Below, piece by piece: positions 1 to 8,720 of a stretch of 64,000 nt of DNA. A program made the position numbers and the translations under genes. Under the pieces are notes generated by a model. That model saw only the letters and a program-made list of their open reading frames with translations, searched no databases and was not told where the DNA came from. How positions within the stretch are numbered: the first letter of the stretch is position 1; each line of letters starts with the position of its first letter. The DNA is taken from positions 73,190 through 137,189 of the forward strand of contig CAYWLS010000008.1 of assembly GCA_964458605.1 (NCBI GenBank), given 5' to 3'. Origin of the DNA: an uncultured Hyphomicrobiales bacterium. GTDB taxonomy: Bacteria; Pseudomonadota; Alphaproteobacteria; Reyranellales; JAQSWP01.

Positions 1-1067
1 CCGTTGCGGTAGCTGATCGAGCCGGTGATGCCCGAATAGCCATCGGTGGCCGCCAGAGCATCGCGGATCCTGACCGGATCGGCGGTGCCCGCCCGCCCGA
101 TCGCGTCGGCTACCAGGCCAAGCGTATCGTAGCCGAGAGCAGCGAAGGCGTTCTCCGGGTCCGTACCGTAGGCAGCTTTGTAGTCCCTGTAGAATTTGCG
201 GATCCCCGGCGTGGAGTCCGGCGCCATATAGGCATGTGTCGAGTAATACACGTTGGCGGCGGCCGTTCCGGCGACCTGAACAAGCAGCGGCGTGTCATAG
301 CCGTCGCCGCCGACCACCGGCTGCACGATGCCCCCCTCGCGAAGCTGCTTGACGATGGCCCCGATGTCATCGGGCATGGCGGAGATGTAGATGACATCCG
401 GCTTGACGGCGGACGCCTTGATCCTGGCGATCTGGCCGGCAAAGGATTTGTCGCCGCTTCGATAGTCGTCCCTGCCGACGATCTGGCCACCGTCATGGGT
501 GAAGGATTCGTCGAAATATCTGGCGAGGAGGACCGTGTAGTGGGTCGCGCTGTCGCGCAGCAGATAGACGTGCTTGCCCCCGAGCTTGTCGATGACGAAC
601 TCGGCGCCGGCCGCCGCCTGTACGTTGTCGCCGAAGCACGCCAGGAAAACGTCGTCGCCGACCTGCCCGGGCAGCTGGGGCGACGTGGCACCGGGGGTAA
701 CGAAGGGAATGCCCGCCTGCTGGAAGATCGGGCCGAGCGTCAGGACCGAATCGGAATCGGTGAAGCCGATCGCCACCGGAACACGGTCCTTGTTGATCAG
801 CCGGGCGGCGGTGGCGGCAATAACCGTCGGCTCGGTTTTGGTGTCGTAGAATACCAGCTCGAGTTTCCTGCCGAGCACTCCCCCGGCGTCGTTGATTTCC
901 TTCAGCTTCAGCCGGGCGCCGTTCAAGGCCGGGCCATCGAGCGAAGCCAGCGCGCCGGTGACGTTGAAGGGAGCGCCGATCCTGATGGGGTCGGCGGCCA
1001 GGACCGCAGTGGTTGCCAGTCCGGCCACCAGGAAGACACAGAACGCGACAATGGCATGCGGCCTCAT
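1..1067 (-). CDS. Branched-chain amino acid-type ABC transporter substrate-binding protein (3' end runs off the window)
   Basis: Frame absent from the ORF track, read by hand from ATG 1067: MRPHAIVAFCVFLVAG (signal peptide)...IRIGAPFNVTGALASLDGPALNGARLKLKEINDAGGVLGRKLELVFYDTK, a LivJ/LivK-like N-terminus. Confidence 0.88.
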   Translation of the reverse strand, partial: MRPHAIVAFCVFLVAGLATTAVLAADPIRIGAPFNVTGALASLDGPALNGARLKLKEINDAGGVLGRKLELVFYDTKTEPTVIAATAARLINKDRVPVAIGFTDSDSVLTLGPIFQQAGIPFVTPGATSPQLPGQVGDDVFLACFGDNVQAAAGAEFVIDKLGGKHVYLLRDSATHYTVLLARYFDESFTHDGGQIVGRDDYRSGDKSFAGQIARIKASAVKPDVIYISAMPDDIGAIVKQLREGGIVQPVVGGDGYDTPLLVQVAGTAAANVYYSTHAYMAPDSTPGIRKFYRDYKAAYGTDPENAFAALGYDTLGLVADAIGRAGTADPVRIRDALAATDGYSGITGSISYRN

Positions 1068-1294
1068 GACCCATTTCCCCTTTGCTCTTGCAGACGCCGC
1101 CGTCTCGTGGCGCGGCGATGTTCGGCCATCGATCCCAACGTCACAATAGAAATCCCGAGAACGATCGGTCAGGCAATGGAAATCCGGCGGCAGAGGCCGT
1201 GCAAGGCGATGGCCAGGCCCGGATTGGCAGGACACTGCATATCTTTTGCGGAATGGATCGTCCCGCCGGCCTTGGACCGGGGACAGCCTTGCCG

Positions 1295-2110
1295 CTACAT
1301 CGTCTCCCCATGGGCGACCGAGATCGCCTGCCCGGTAATCGCCTGCGCGGCAGGCGATGCCAGCCATAGCACGGTCGCCGCCACGTCGGCAGGCTCGACC
1401 AGCCTGCCGGCCGGATTGACCGCCGCAAGCTCCGCCTTGATCTGCGCCGCATCGCGCCCGGTGCGCCGGGTCAGATCCTCGACCGCCGCCGCCAGCAATG
1501 GTGTATCGGTATAGCCAGGACAGACCGCGTTGACCGTCACGCCGCTGCGCACCACCTCCAGGGCAAGCGCGCGGGTAAATCCCAGCACCGCATGCTTGGT
1601 GGCGCAATAGCCGCTGGCATAGGCATAGCCGCGCAAGGCGGCGGTCGAGGCGATGTTGACGATGCGGCCATGCCGGCGCTCGATCATGGCGGGCAGGACG
1701 CGCTGGGTGCAGGCCACGACCTGTACCAGGTTGACTTCCAGCATCTGGCGCAGCGCTTCGGATGACAGACGAGACCATGGCGCCGTGACGGCGCGGCCCG
1801 CATTGTTGACCAGCACGTCGACGTCGCCCTGCCGCCGCCTGGCTTCGGCAAAAGCGCGATCGGCCGATTCGGCCTCGGTGAGATCGGCGGCAATCCAGTC
1901 GACGGCCGCGTTGGCGGACCGGAGCGCGTCGGCGCGCTCGCGCAGCACGTCGGCGCGGCGGCCGACAATGGTGATCCGCGCGCCTGCCGCGGCAAAGGCC
2001 TGCGCGATGGCCGCGCCTATTCCCGTACCGCCGCCGGTGATCAGAACGTGCCGGCCGGCCGCTGCCTCGCCGGTCCGCGCCACGCCATTCGATCGGAAAT
2101 CGCCGGACAT
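1295..2110 (-). CDS. SDR family oxidoreductase (hydroxyacyl-CoA dehydrogenase-like)
   Basis: TGGGTGIG, NNAG and YCATK motifs; start uncertain (ATG 2110 chosen). Confidence 0.9.
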   Translation of the reverse strand: MSGDFRSNGVARTGEAAAGRHVLITGGGTGIGAAIAQAFAAAGARITIVGRRADVLRERADALRSANAAVDWIAADLTEAESADRAFAEARRRQGDVDVLVNNAGRAVTAPWSRLSSEALRQMLEVNLVQVVACTQRVLPAMIERRHGRIVNIASTAALRGYAYASGYCATKHAVLGFTRALALEVVRSGVTVNAVCPGYTDTPLLAAAVEDLTRRTGRDAAQIKAELAAVNPAGRLVEPADVAATVLWLASPAAQAITGQAISVAHGETM

Positions 2111-2115
2111 CGGCG

Positions 2116-2532
2116 CTAAGGCGACCCCGCCGGGCGAAACTTCGGCAAAGGCACCTCGCCCGCCGCGTCGTCGAACATGACCTCGACCGGCATGTCGGCC
2201 GTCACGGCTTCGGGCGCGCAGCCGATCACGTTGGACACCAGCCGAACCCCTTCCTCGAGTTCGATCAGCGCCACGACATAGGGCACCTCGCCGGCGTATG
2301 CATCGGCAGGCACGGGATGGCGCACGACGATCCAGCTGAACACCCGGCCGCGTCCGGAGGCATCGATCCAGTCGTGATCGCCGGCGCCGCAGGCGGAACA
2401 GGTCGGCCCGGGCGGGAAGCGCGTGCGGCCGCATTGGGTGCAGCGCTGCACGATCAGCCGATGCTCGCGGCAGGCCTGCCAGAACGGCGTCGAGTCGGGA
2501 TCGAGCGCAGGGCGCGGTTTGAGCTGGGCCAT
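2116..2532 (-). CDS. DUF35 Zn-ribbon/OB-fold protein (ChsH2 C-terminal-like)
   Basis: C-terminal part of ORF 2116..3372 from MAQLKPRP; CxxC...CxxC (CTQC, CSAC), GRGRVFSWIVV, PYVVALIELEEGVRL. Confidence 0.92.
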   Translation of the reverse strand: MAQLKPRPALDPDSTPFWQACREHRLIVQRCTQCGRTRFPPGPTCSACGAGDHDWIDASGRGRVFSWIVVRHPVPADAYAGEVPYVVALIELEEGVRLVSNVIGCAPEAVTADMPVEVMFDDAAGEVPLPKFRPAGSP

Positions 2533-2534
2533 CG

Positions 2535-3692
2535 CTACCTCCGCAACACCATGGCGCTGCCGCAGGTCATGGCGCCTGCCGTGGTTAGCGCGATCTCCGC
2601 GCCGGGCACCTGGCGCGGGCCGGCGGCGCCGCGCAGTTGCTCGACTGCTTCCAGCACGTGATTGAAGCCGTGGATGTAGGCCTCCGACAGCAGACCGCCA
2701 TGCGTATTGACGGGCATCTTGCCGCCACGGTCGATCGCGCCGGAGGCGACGAACGGACCGCCCTCGCCTTCGGCGCAGAAGCCGAGCCCTTCGAGCTGCA
2801 TCACCACGCTGTAGGTGAAGCAGTCGTAGATCTCGGCCAGGTCGATGTCCTGCGGGCCGATGCCGGCGCTGCCCCACAGATCGTCGGCGATGTAGTGGGC
2901 ATAGTTGCGCACATGATCGGGCCAGCGGATCGCATCGAACAGATCGTCGCCCTGGTTGGGTCCGCCGCCATAGGCGCCGCCCATGATGTAGACCGGGGGA
3001 TGCGGCAGGTCGCGCGCCCGCTCCGCCGACGTCACCACCACGGCACAGGCGCCGTCGCTTTCCAGGCAGATGTCGTAGAGCCGGAACGGGTCGACGATCG
3101 GACGGCTGTTGAAGTAGTCGTCCATGCTCAACTTCTTGCGCTGCATGGCGCGTGGATTGGCCTCGGCATTGGCGCGCTGCATGACCGCGACATGGCCGAG
3201 CTGTTCGGCGGCGGTGCCGTATTTCACCATGTGCCGGCGGCACCACATTGCCATGGCCTGGGGATAGGTGATCCAGCCGAACGGCGCGGTGTACTGGGTG
3301 ATGCCGCGCGCATCGAAATCGCGACCGCCGCCCAGGCGATAGCCGGAGCGGCCGTTCATGGCGCGATAGCACACCACCGTCTTGGCCAACCCCGCTTCGA
3401 TCGCCGCGGCCGCCGCCAGCACGATCAGATTGGCGCCGTTGCCGCCGGCGGCGTAATCGACGGCGTAGCCGACATTGGGGATGCCCAGATTGGTGGCGAC
3501 CGCGATGCCGGGCACCGAGTCGTTGAACTGGAACGATACCAGCCCGTCGATATCCGATCGCGCCAGCCCGGCATCGGCAATGGCGCTGCCCGCCGCTTCG
3601 GTGGCCAGATCCAGAACCGTGCGGTTGGATTGCTTGGTATAGGCGGTGGCGCCTATGCCGCAGATCGCGTAGCGGTCGCGTAGCCGGTACAT
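2535..3692 (-). CDS. Thiolase-fold protein, Ltp2/SCP-x-like (probable acyl-CoA aldolase)
   Basis: AICGIG start, EIYDCFT, NTHGGLLSEAYIHG; no Cys at the canonical thiolase nucleophile position (DYAAGGNGAN); adjacent to DUF35. Confidence 0.88.
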   Translation of the reverse strand: MYRLRDRYAICGIGATAYTKQSNRTVLDLATEAAGSAIADAGLARSDIDGLVSFQFNDSVPGIAVATNLGIPNVGYAVDYAAGGNGANLIVLAAAAAIEAGLAKTVVCYRAMNGRSGYRLGGGRDFDARGITQYTAPFGWITYPQAMAMWCRRHMVKYGTAAEQLGHVAVMQRANAEANPRAMQRKKLSMDDYFNSRPIVDPFRLYDICLESDGACAVVVTSAERARDLPHPPVYIMGGAYGGGPNQGDDLFDAIRWPDHVRNYAHYIADDLWGSAGIGPQDIDLAEIYDCFTYSVVMQLEGLGFCAEGEGGPFVASGAIDRGGKMPVNTHGGLLSEAYIHGFNHVLEAVEQLRGAAGPRQVPGAEIALTTAGAMTCGSAMVLRR

Positions 3693-3699
3693 CTTCGCC

Positions 3700-4509
3700 T
3701 CATCGTCCTTCGAATGCGGGATCGCGCTTTTCGCGAAACGCCATCAGCCCTTCCATGGCGTCGTGCGAGCGCGTGGCGTAGCCATGCACCCGCTCGATCT
3801 CCATGCGCAGCGCCGCGTGTAGCGGCAAGGCCATGCCGTCGTCGACCAGACGCTTGGCCATCGCCAGGCCCAGGGCGCTTTTGCCGGACATCTCCCCGGC
3901 CAGCGCCAGCACCGTCGCCATCAGCTCGGCGCGCGGTACCGCCAGGCTGGCCAGGCCCAGGCGCTCGGCCTCGACCCCGTCGATGCCGCGCCCCGTGAGA
4001 ATGAGGTACTTGGCACGCAGCGCGCCGATCGCTCGCGGCAGGCGCTGCGAGCCGCCGGCGCCGGGCAATTGTCCGAAATTGAGATGGCCATCGGCGATCC
4101 GCGCCTCGCGCGCCGCCACCACCACGTCGCAGGCCAGCGCCAGTTCCAGCCCGCCGGCGACGCAATGGCCGTTGACCGCCGCGATGAAGATGCATGCGGA
4201 GCGCTCGATCGTGTCGAGCAGGATGAAGAAATCGTCGAGGAACGCCTGGAAGTCGGCCGGGCGGCGATAAAGGCCGATATAGCCCTCGAGGTCGCCGCCG
4301 GCGGAGAACGCCTTGCCCGCCCCCGTGATAACGACGAGGCGGCATTGCGGATCGGCCTCGGCCCGATGCACCGCCGCCGTCAGTGCCTTCACCGAGTGCC
4401 AGTCCAGGGGATTGAGCTTGTCGGGACGATTGAGCGTCAGGATGCGCGTATTGCCTTGCGCCTCGTACAGAACGCGCTCCGCCTCCAGATTGTCGGCTTC
4501 CCTCTCCAT
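3700..4509 (-). CDS. Enoyl-CoA hydratase/isomerase (crotonase) family
   Basis: LNRPDKLN, FSAGGDL, AVNGHCVAGGLELALACD; start set at MEREAD because the longer ORF runs into the operator region. Confidence 0.92.
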   Translation of the reverse strand: MEREADNLEAERVLYEAQGNTRILTLNRPDKLNPLDWHSVKALTAAVHRAEADPQCRLVVITGAGKAFSAGGDLEGYIGLYRRPADFQAFLDDFFILLDTIERSACIFIAAVNGHCVAGGLELALACDVVVAAREARIADGHLNFGQLPGAGGSQRLPRAIGALRAKYLILTGRGIDGVEAERLGLASLAVPRAELMATVLALAGEMSGKSALGLAMAKRLVDDGMALPLHAALRMEIERVHGYATRSHDAMEGLMAFREKRDPAFEGR

Positions 4510-4532
4510 CGGTCCACCGTAGCAGAATGTCC

Positions 4533-4547
4533 GATTGTCCGACAATC
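4533..4547. promoter_or_regulatory. Palindrome GATTGTC-C-GACAATC, putative FadR/GntR operator
   Basis: Perfect 7-bp inverted repeat in the AT-rich gap between the divergent crotonase and FadR genes; fits the TGT-N-ACA style of FadR-subfamily sites. Confidence 0.7.
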
Positions 4548-4600
4548 AATATTTTGCTATACAATTCATTAAGTTGATTCACGCAGCCAGGAAGTTGGAA

Positions 4601-5347
4601 ATGGCCCGTTCTGCCAATGCCGCAGCCGCCGCGCGGTTCGACCGGTTGCACCCGGTTCCCGCCTACCGGCTGGTCGCCAAGGCGATCCAGGACCGGATCG
4701 AAACCAGCCGCCTGCAGCCGGGCGATTGGCTGCCCACCGAAACGACCTTGGCCGAGCAGTTCGGCGTCAATCGCTCGACCATTCGCGAAGGCATTCGCCT
4801 GCTGGAGCAATCGGGTCTGCTCGACCGCGACGGCAAACGCCTGATCGTCACGCTGCCGCACTATATGGACCTTGCTTCGCGCGCCTCCCGAGCGCTGGTC
4901 ATGCACCAGGTGACGTTCCGCGAATTGTGGGAAGCCTCGATGGCCAGCGAACCGCTGATCGCCGCGCTGGCGGCCGAACGTGCCGATGCCGCCGCGCTGA
5001 GCGCGATGGAGCGCAATATCGCCGCAGCGGCCGCCGCGACCGACCGGCTGGACGATTTCATCGACCTCGACATCGCCTTCCACGAGCTGGTCGCCCGGGC
5101 GGCCGGCAATCGCGTGCTGATGCTGGCGCGCGAGCCGATCGGCCTGCTGTTCAAGCCGGCCGGCGAGACCATCCTGCCCCGCCTGGGCACGCATGGGCGG
5201 GTGGTCGACGCCCATCGCCAGATCCTGGCGGCGATCGGACGCGGCGACCGCACCGAAGCGCAACGCTGGATGGATCGCCACATGGCCGATTTCCGGCGCG
5301 GCTACGAGGCCGCCGGCGCCGATCTCGACAGCCCGCTCTACGGCTGA
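4601..5347 (+). CDS. GntR/FadR family transcriptional regulator (wHTH + FCD)
   Basis: LPTETTLAEQFGVNRSTIREGIRLLEQSGL helix-turn-helix; DIAFHELV and HRQILAAI FCD motifs. Confidence 0.93.
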   Translation: MARSANAAAAARFDRLHPVPAYRLVAKAIQDRIETSRLQPGDWLPTETTLAEQFGVNRSTIREGIRLLEQSGLLDRDGKRLIVTLPHYMDLASRASRALVMHQVTFRELWEASMASEPLIAALAAERADAAALSAMERNIAAAAAATDRLDDFIDLDIAFHELVARAAGNRVLMLAREPIGLLFKPAGETILPRLGTHGRVVDAHRQILAAIGRGDRTEAQRWMDRHMADFRRGYEAAGADLDSPLYG

Positions 5348-5416
5348 CCCCGCCCCCGCCTCGCCCGGATCGCAGCCCGGCACGGCTGCCGCGGCCGTCG
5401 CCTTGCCGGTCGCCGG

Positions 5417-5434
5417 TTAATGCTTTGACATTAA
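5417..5434. promoter_or_regulatory. TTAATG-ctttga-CATTAA operator-like palindrome overlapping TTGACA (-35)
   Basis: Read directly; TTGACA at 5425-5430; lies upstream of the badI-like gene; two more copies at 12092 and 12192. Confidence 0.75.
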
Positions 5435-5533
5435 TAATCTCATGTGCTGTCATTTTGCGCTGCCGTCCCCGCTGCCGCGCCAACGGCACGGATCGCGGAC
5501 GGCTTCATCGGCGAGCACTGGGCGCGAGGGGAC

Positions 5534-6337
5534 ATGACCTACCAGGACATTCTCTACCAAGAGCATGGTGGGGTGGCGCGCATCACCATCAACCGTCCCG
5601 ATCTCTACAATGCCATGCGCGCCCGCACCGTCGAGGAGCTGATCGAGGCATTCCAGGTGGCTGGATGGAAGCGCGAAATCGGCGTGATCGTGCTGACCGG
5701 CGCGGGCGATCGGGCGTTCTGCACCGGCGGCGACCAGTCTTCCCATGACGGCGGCTATGGCGGACGCGGCACGATCGGCCTGCCGATCGAGGAATTGCAG
5801 AGCATCATCCGCGACGTCCCCAAGCCGGTCATTGCCCGGGTCAACGGCTTCGCCATCGGCGGCGGCAACGTGCTCGCCACCCTGTGCGATCTCACCATCG
5901 CCGCCGATACCGCCCAGTTCGGGCAGGTCGGTCCCAAGGTCGGCTCGGTCGATCCGGGATTCGGCACCGCCTATCTGGCCCGCGTGGTCGGCGAAAAGCG
6001 CGCCCGGGAGATCTGGTATCTGTGCCGGCGCTACAGCGCCGAACAGGCCATGTCGTTCGGCCTGGTCAACGCGGTCGTGCCCGCGGCCGAACTCGATGCC
6101 GAGGTCGATCGCTGGTGCGCCGAGCTGATGGAACGCAGCCCGACCGCGCTGGCCATCGCCAAGCGCTCGTTCAATGCCGACACCGAGAGCATCCGCGGCC
6201 TGTCCAGCATGGGAATGGCCGCACTCGCCCTCTACTACGACACCGAGGAATCGAAGGAAGGCGGCCGCGCCTTCCGCGAAAAACGGAAGCCGAACTTCCG
6301 CAATCCGCCAGGCAGGAAAGGCTCTGGCGACAAATAG
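5534..6337 (+). CDS. badI: 2-ketocyclohexanecarboxyl-CoA hydrolase-like ring-opening crotonase (BadI/MenB clade)
   Basis: GDRAFCTGGDQS.HDG.Y.GRGT.GLP.EEL...IRDVPKPVIARV, SVDPGFGTA.LARVVGEK.AREIWY, ERSPTALAIAKRSFN and LYYDTEES closely match my recollection of Rhodopseudomonas palustris BadI. Confidence 0.82.
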   Translation: MTYQDILYQEHGGVARITINRPDLYNAMRARTVEELIEAFQVAGWKREIGVIVLTGAGDRAFCTGGDQSSHDGGYGGRGTIGLPIEELQSIIRDVPKPVIARVNGFAIGGGNVLATLCDLTIAADTAQFGQVGPKVGSVDPGFGTAYLARVVGEKRAREIWYLCRRYSAEQAMSFGLVNAVVPAAELDAEVDRWCAELMERSPTALAIAKRSFNADTESIRGLSSMGMAALALYYDTEESKEGGRAFREKRKPNFRNPPGRKGSGDK

Positions 6338-6354
6338 GAACAGGGAGGATCATC

Positions 6355-7386
6355 ATGAACAATAGCCGGTCGAGGCGGACGGCGTCGCCGCCGCACATGT
6401 CGATTTCCCGCCGCACGGCGCTGGGCGCCCTGTCGGCGCTGACCGCCGGTGGCGCGGTCATGCTGTCGGGTCTGGCACGCGCCGAAGATGCCTATCCCAA
6501 CAAGCCGGTGCGCATCGTGGTGCCGTTCGGCGCCGGCGGCGTAGCCGATGTCATCGTGCGTATCGTCGCCGACAAGCTGAGCGAATCGATGGGCCAGCGC
6601 TATTTCGTGGAGAATCGGCCCGGCGCAGGCGGCAGCATCGGCACCGATGTGGTGGCCCACGCCCCAGCCGACGGCTACACCATGGTGCTGGGCAGCCCGA
6701 GCTTGACGGTCAATCCCAGCCTGCAGAAGTCGCTTGGCTGGGATCCGATCAAGGATTTCGCGCCGGTCAGCATGCTGGCGACCTTCCCCAACATCATCTG
6801 CGCCAAGAAGGACCTCCCGGTAAAGGACATGAAGGAGTTGGTCGAGCTGGCGCGTTCCCAGCCCGGCAACATCACCTTCGGTTCGGTCGGCGTGGGCACC
6901 TCGATGCATCTGATCGGCGAGACGATCAATTCGCACGCCAAGGTCAAGATGACGCACGTGGCCTACAAGACGCAGGGCGACGCCATACAGGACCTGACGC
7001 GCGGCAATATCTCCTGGATGGCCTTGTCGGTGACCCTGGCCAAGCCGCTGATCGCCCAGGGCACCGTCAAGGCCTTGGCGGTCACCTCGGCCGAACGCTT
7101 CAAAGCCGTGCCGGAAATTCCCACCGTCGTGGAACAAGGCTTTCCCGACCTGGTGGTCGAGGCCTGGCTGGCGCTCTACATGCCGGCCAAGACGCCCGAC
7201 GCCATCGTGCAACGCACCAACAAGGCGATCGAGGCGGCGCTCAAGAGTCCCGACGTGGTGGCCAAGCTGGACAATTTCGGCGCCGTGCCGGCGCCCGACT
7301 CCAGCCAGCAACTGGCAACATTCACCAAGGACGAAGTGGAGCGATGGGCCAAGGTGGTCAAGGACGCCAATATCCAGCCGCAATGA
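6355..7386 (+). CDS. tctC: Bug/TctC tripartite tricarboxylate transporter substrate-binding protein with Tat-like signal
   Basis: SRRTAL twin-Arg signal; YPNKPVRIVVPFGAGG, VENRPGAGG, PTVVEQGFP; alternative start at 6397. Confidence 0.92.
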   Translation: MNNSRSRRTASPPHMSISRRTALGALSALTAGGAVMLSGLARAEDAYPNKPVRIVVPFGAGGVADVIVRIVADKLSESMGQRYFVENRPGAGGSIGTDVVAHAPADGYTMVLGSPSLTVNPSLQKSLGWDPIKDFAPVSMLATFPNIICAKKDLPVKDMKELVELARSQPGNITFGSVGVGTSMHLIGETINSHAKVKMTHVAYKTQGDAIQDLTRGNISWMALSVTLAKPLIAQGTVKALAVTSAERFKAVPEIPTVVEQGFPDLVVEAWLALYMPAKTPDAIVQRTNKAIEAALKSPDVVAKLDNFGAVPAPDSSQQLATFTKDEVERWAKVVKDANIQPQ

Positions 7387-8708
7387 ACTTTGGCCGTGGG
7401 ACCAGCATGAACGACCTGTTTGCCGCATCCGACAGCATCATGCGCGGGGAGCTGACGACCGCGCAGTGGTTCCGCACGGTGCCGCGCTGCCAGTTGACCG
7501 AGATGACGGCCGATAGCGCCGTGGTGGTATGCCGCGGCCTGTCGGCCAATGTCACGGTGTTGCGCACGCCCGAAGGGCTGCTGTTGGCCGATACCGGCGC
7601 GGTCGACACCGGCGGCGCCATCTTCGACGCCATTCGCGCCTGGGAGCCCGATCGGCCGGTCAGCACCATCGTCTATACCCACGGCCATTTCGACCATTGC
7701 AACGGCACCGTGCTGTACGACCAGGAGGCGGCGCAACGCGGCTGGAAGGCACCTACCGTGATCGCCCATGCCGACCTGCGCCGCCGCTTCGCCCGCTACG
7801 AGCGCACCAGCCCGCTCAACGCCGCCATCAACAAGCGCCAGTACAGCCGGCCCGATTTCCAGTGGCCGACGCGCTATCGCTATCCCGACCGCATATTTCA
7901 CGACGAGCTGGCCTTCTCGCTGGGAGGCGAGGATTTCCACCTGTTCCACGGTCGCGGCGAGACCGACGACCATGCCTGGCTGTGGGCGCCGCAGCGCAAG
8001 CTGGCGGTGGCCGGCGATTTCGTGATGTGGGCTGCGCCCAATGCCGGCAATCCGCAAAAGGCGCAGCGCTACGCCGCGGACTGGGCGGTCGCGCTGCGCG
8101 CCATGGCGGCGCACGAACCGGAAATCCTGATACCGGGCCACGGCCCGCCGATCCAGGGCGTGGCCACCATCGCCCACTATCTCGACGGCGCGGCACGCTG
8201 GCTGGAGCATTTGCACGACCGGACCGTCGATCTGCTCAATCAGGGTTTTCGCGTCGACGAGATCGTGCAACGCGTGCGCGTGCCGGCCGAGCTGGCAGCA
8301 CAGCCCTGGCTGCAGCCCACCTACGACGATCCCGAGTTCGTGGTGCGCAATGTCTGCCGTCTCTATGGCGGATGGTGGGACGGCAACCCCGCCCATCTGA
8401 AGCCGGCGTTGGAAGACGAACTGGCGCGGTCCCTGGCCGCCCTGGCCGGATCTCCGGCCGCCATCGCCAGCCATGCCGAGAAGCACCTGGCGGCAGGCGA
8501 TTTGCGCGTCGCCAGCCATCTGGCCGAATGGGCCGCGCTGGCCGCGCCCGACGATGCCTACGTGCAGTCGGTTCGTGCCACGGTCAACGAGCGGCGCGCC
8601 GAGGCCGAGCCCTCGCAGATGGCCAAGGGCATTTTCGGCGCCGCCGCGCGCGATGCGCGCTCGCGCATGGCCATGGCCGCCAAGGCCGGGCAGCGCGGCT
8701 CGGCGTAA
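7383..8708 (+). CDS. Metallo-beta-lactamase-fold alkyl-sulfatase-like hydrolase (SdsA/BDS1 type III family, no SCP2 domain)
   Basis: THGHFDH, GETDDH, AGDF, PNAGNPQK, PGHG and YGGWWDGNP motifs; ATGA overlap with the tctC stop (alternative start 7407). Confidence 0.82.
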   Translation: MNFGRGTSMNDLFAASDSIMRGELTTAQWFRTVPRCQLTEMTADSAVVVCRGLSANVTVLRTPEGLLLADTGAVDTGGAIFDAIRAWEPDRPVSTIVYTHGHFDHCNGTVLYDQEAAQRGWKAPTVIAHADLRRRFARYERTSPLNAAINKRQYSRPDFQWPTRYRYPDRIFHDELAFSLGGEDFHLFHGRGETDDHAWLWAPQRKLAVAGDFVMWAAPNAGNPQKAQRYAADWAVALRAMAAHEPEILIPGHGPPIQGVATIAHYLDGAARWLEHLHDRTVDLLNQGFRVDEIVQRVRVPAELAAQPWLQPTYDDPEFVVRNVCRLYGGWWDGNPAHLKPALEDELARSLAALAGSPAAIASHAEKHLAAGDLRVASHLAEWAALAAPDDAYVQSVRATVNERRAEAEPSQMAKGIFGAAARDARSRMAMAAKAGQRGSA

Positions 8709-8720
8709 ACCGGCGGCGCC

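Noticed and set aside
1224-1240. Sigma54-like TGGCA...TGCA upstream of the ABC binding protein
   Set aside because: Wrong strand for the gene, and the spacing is one base short.
5534-6337. menB (naphthoate synthase) call
   Set aside because: No other men genes nearby. The sequence matches BadI-specific segments as I recall them, and the context is CoA catabolism.
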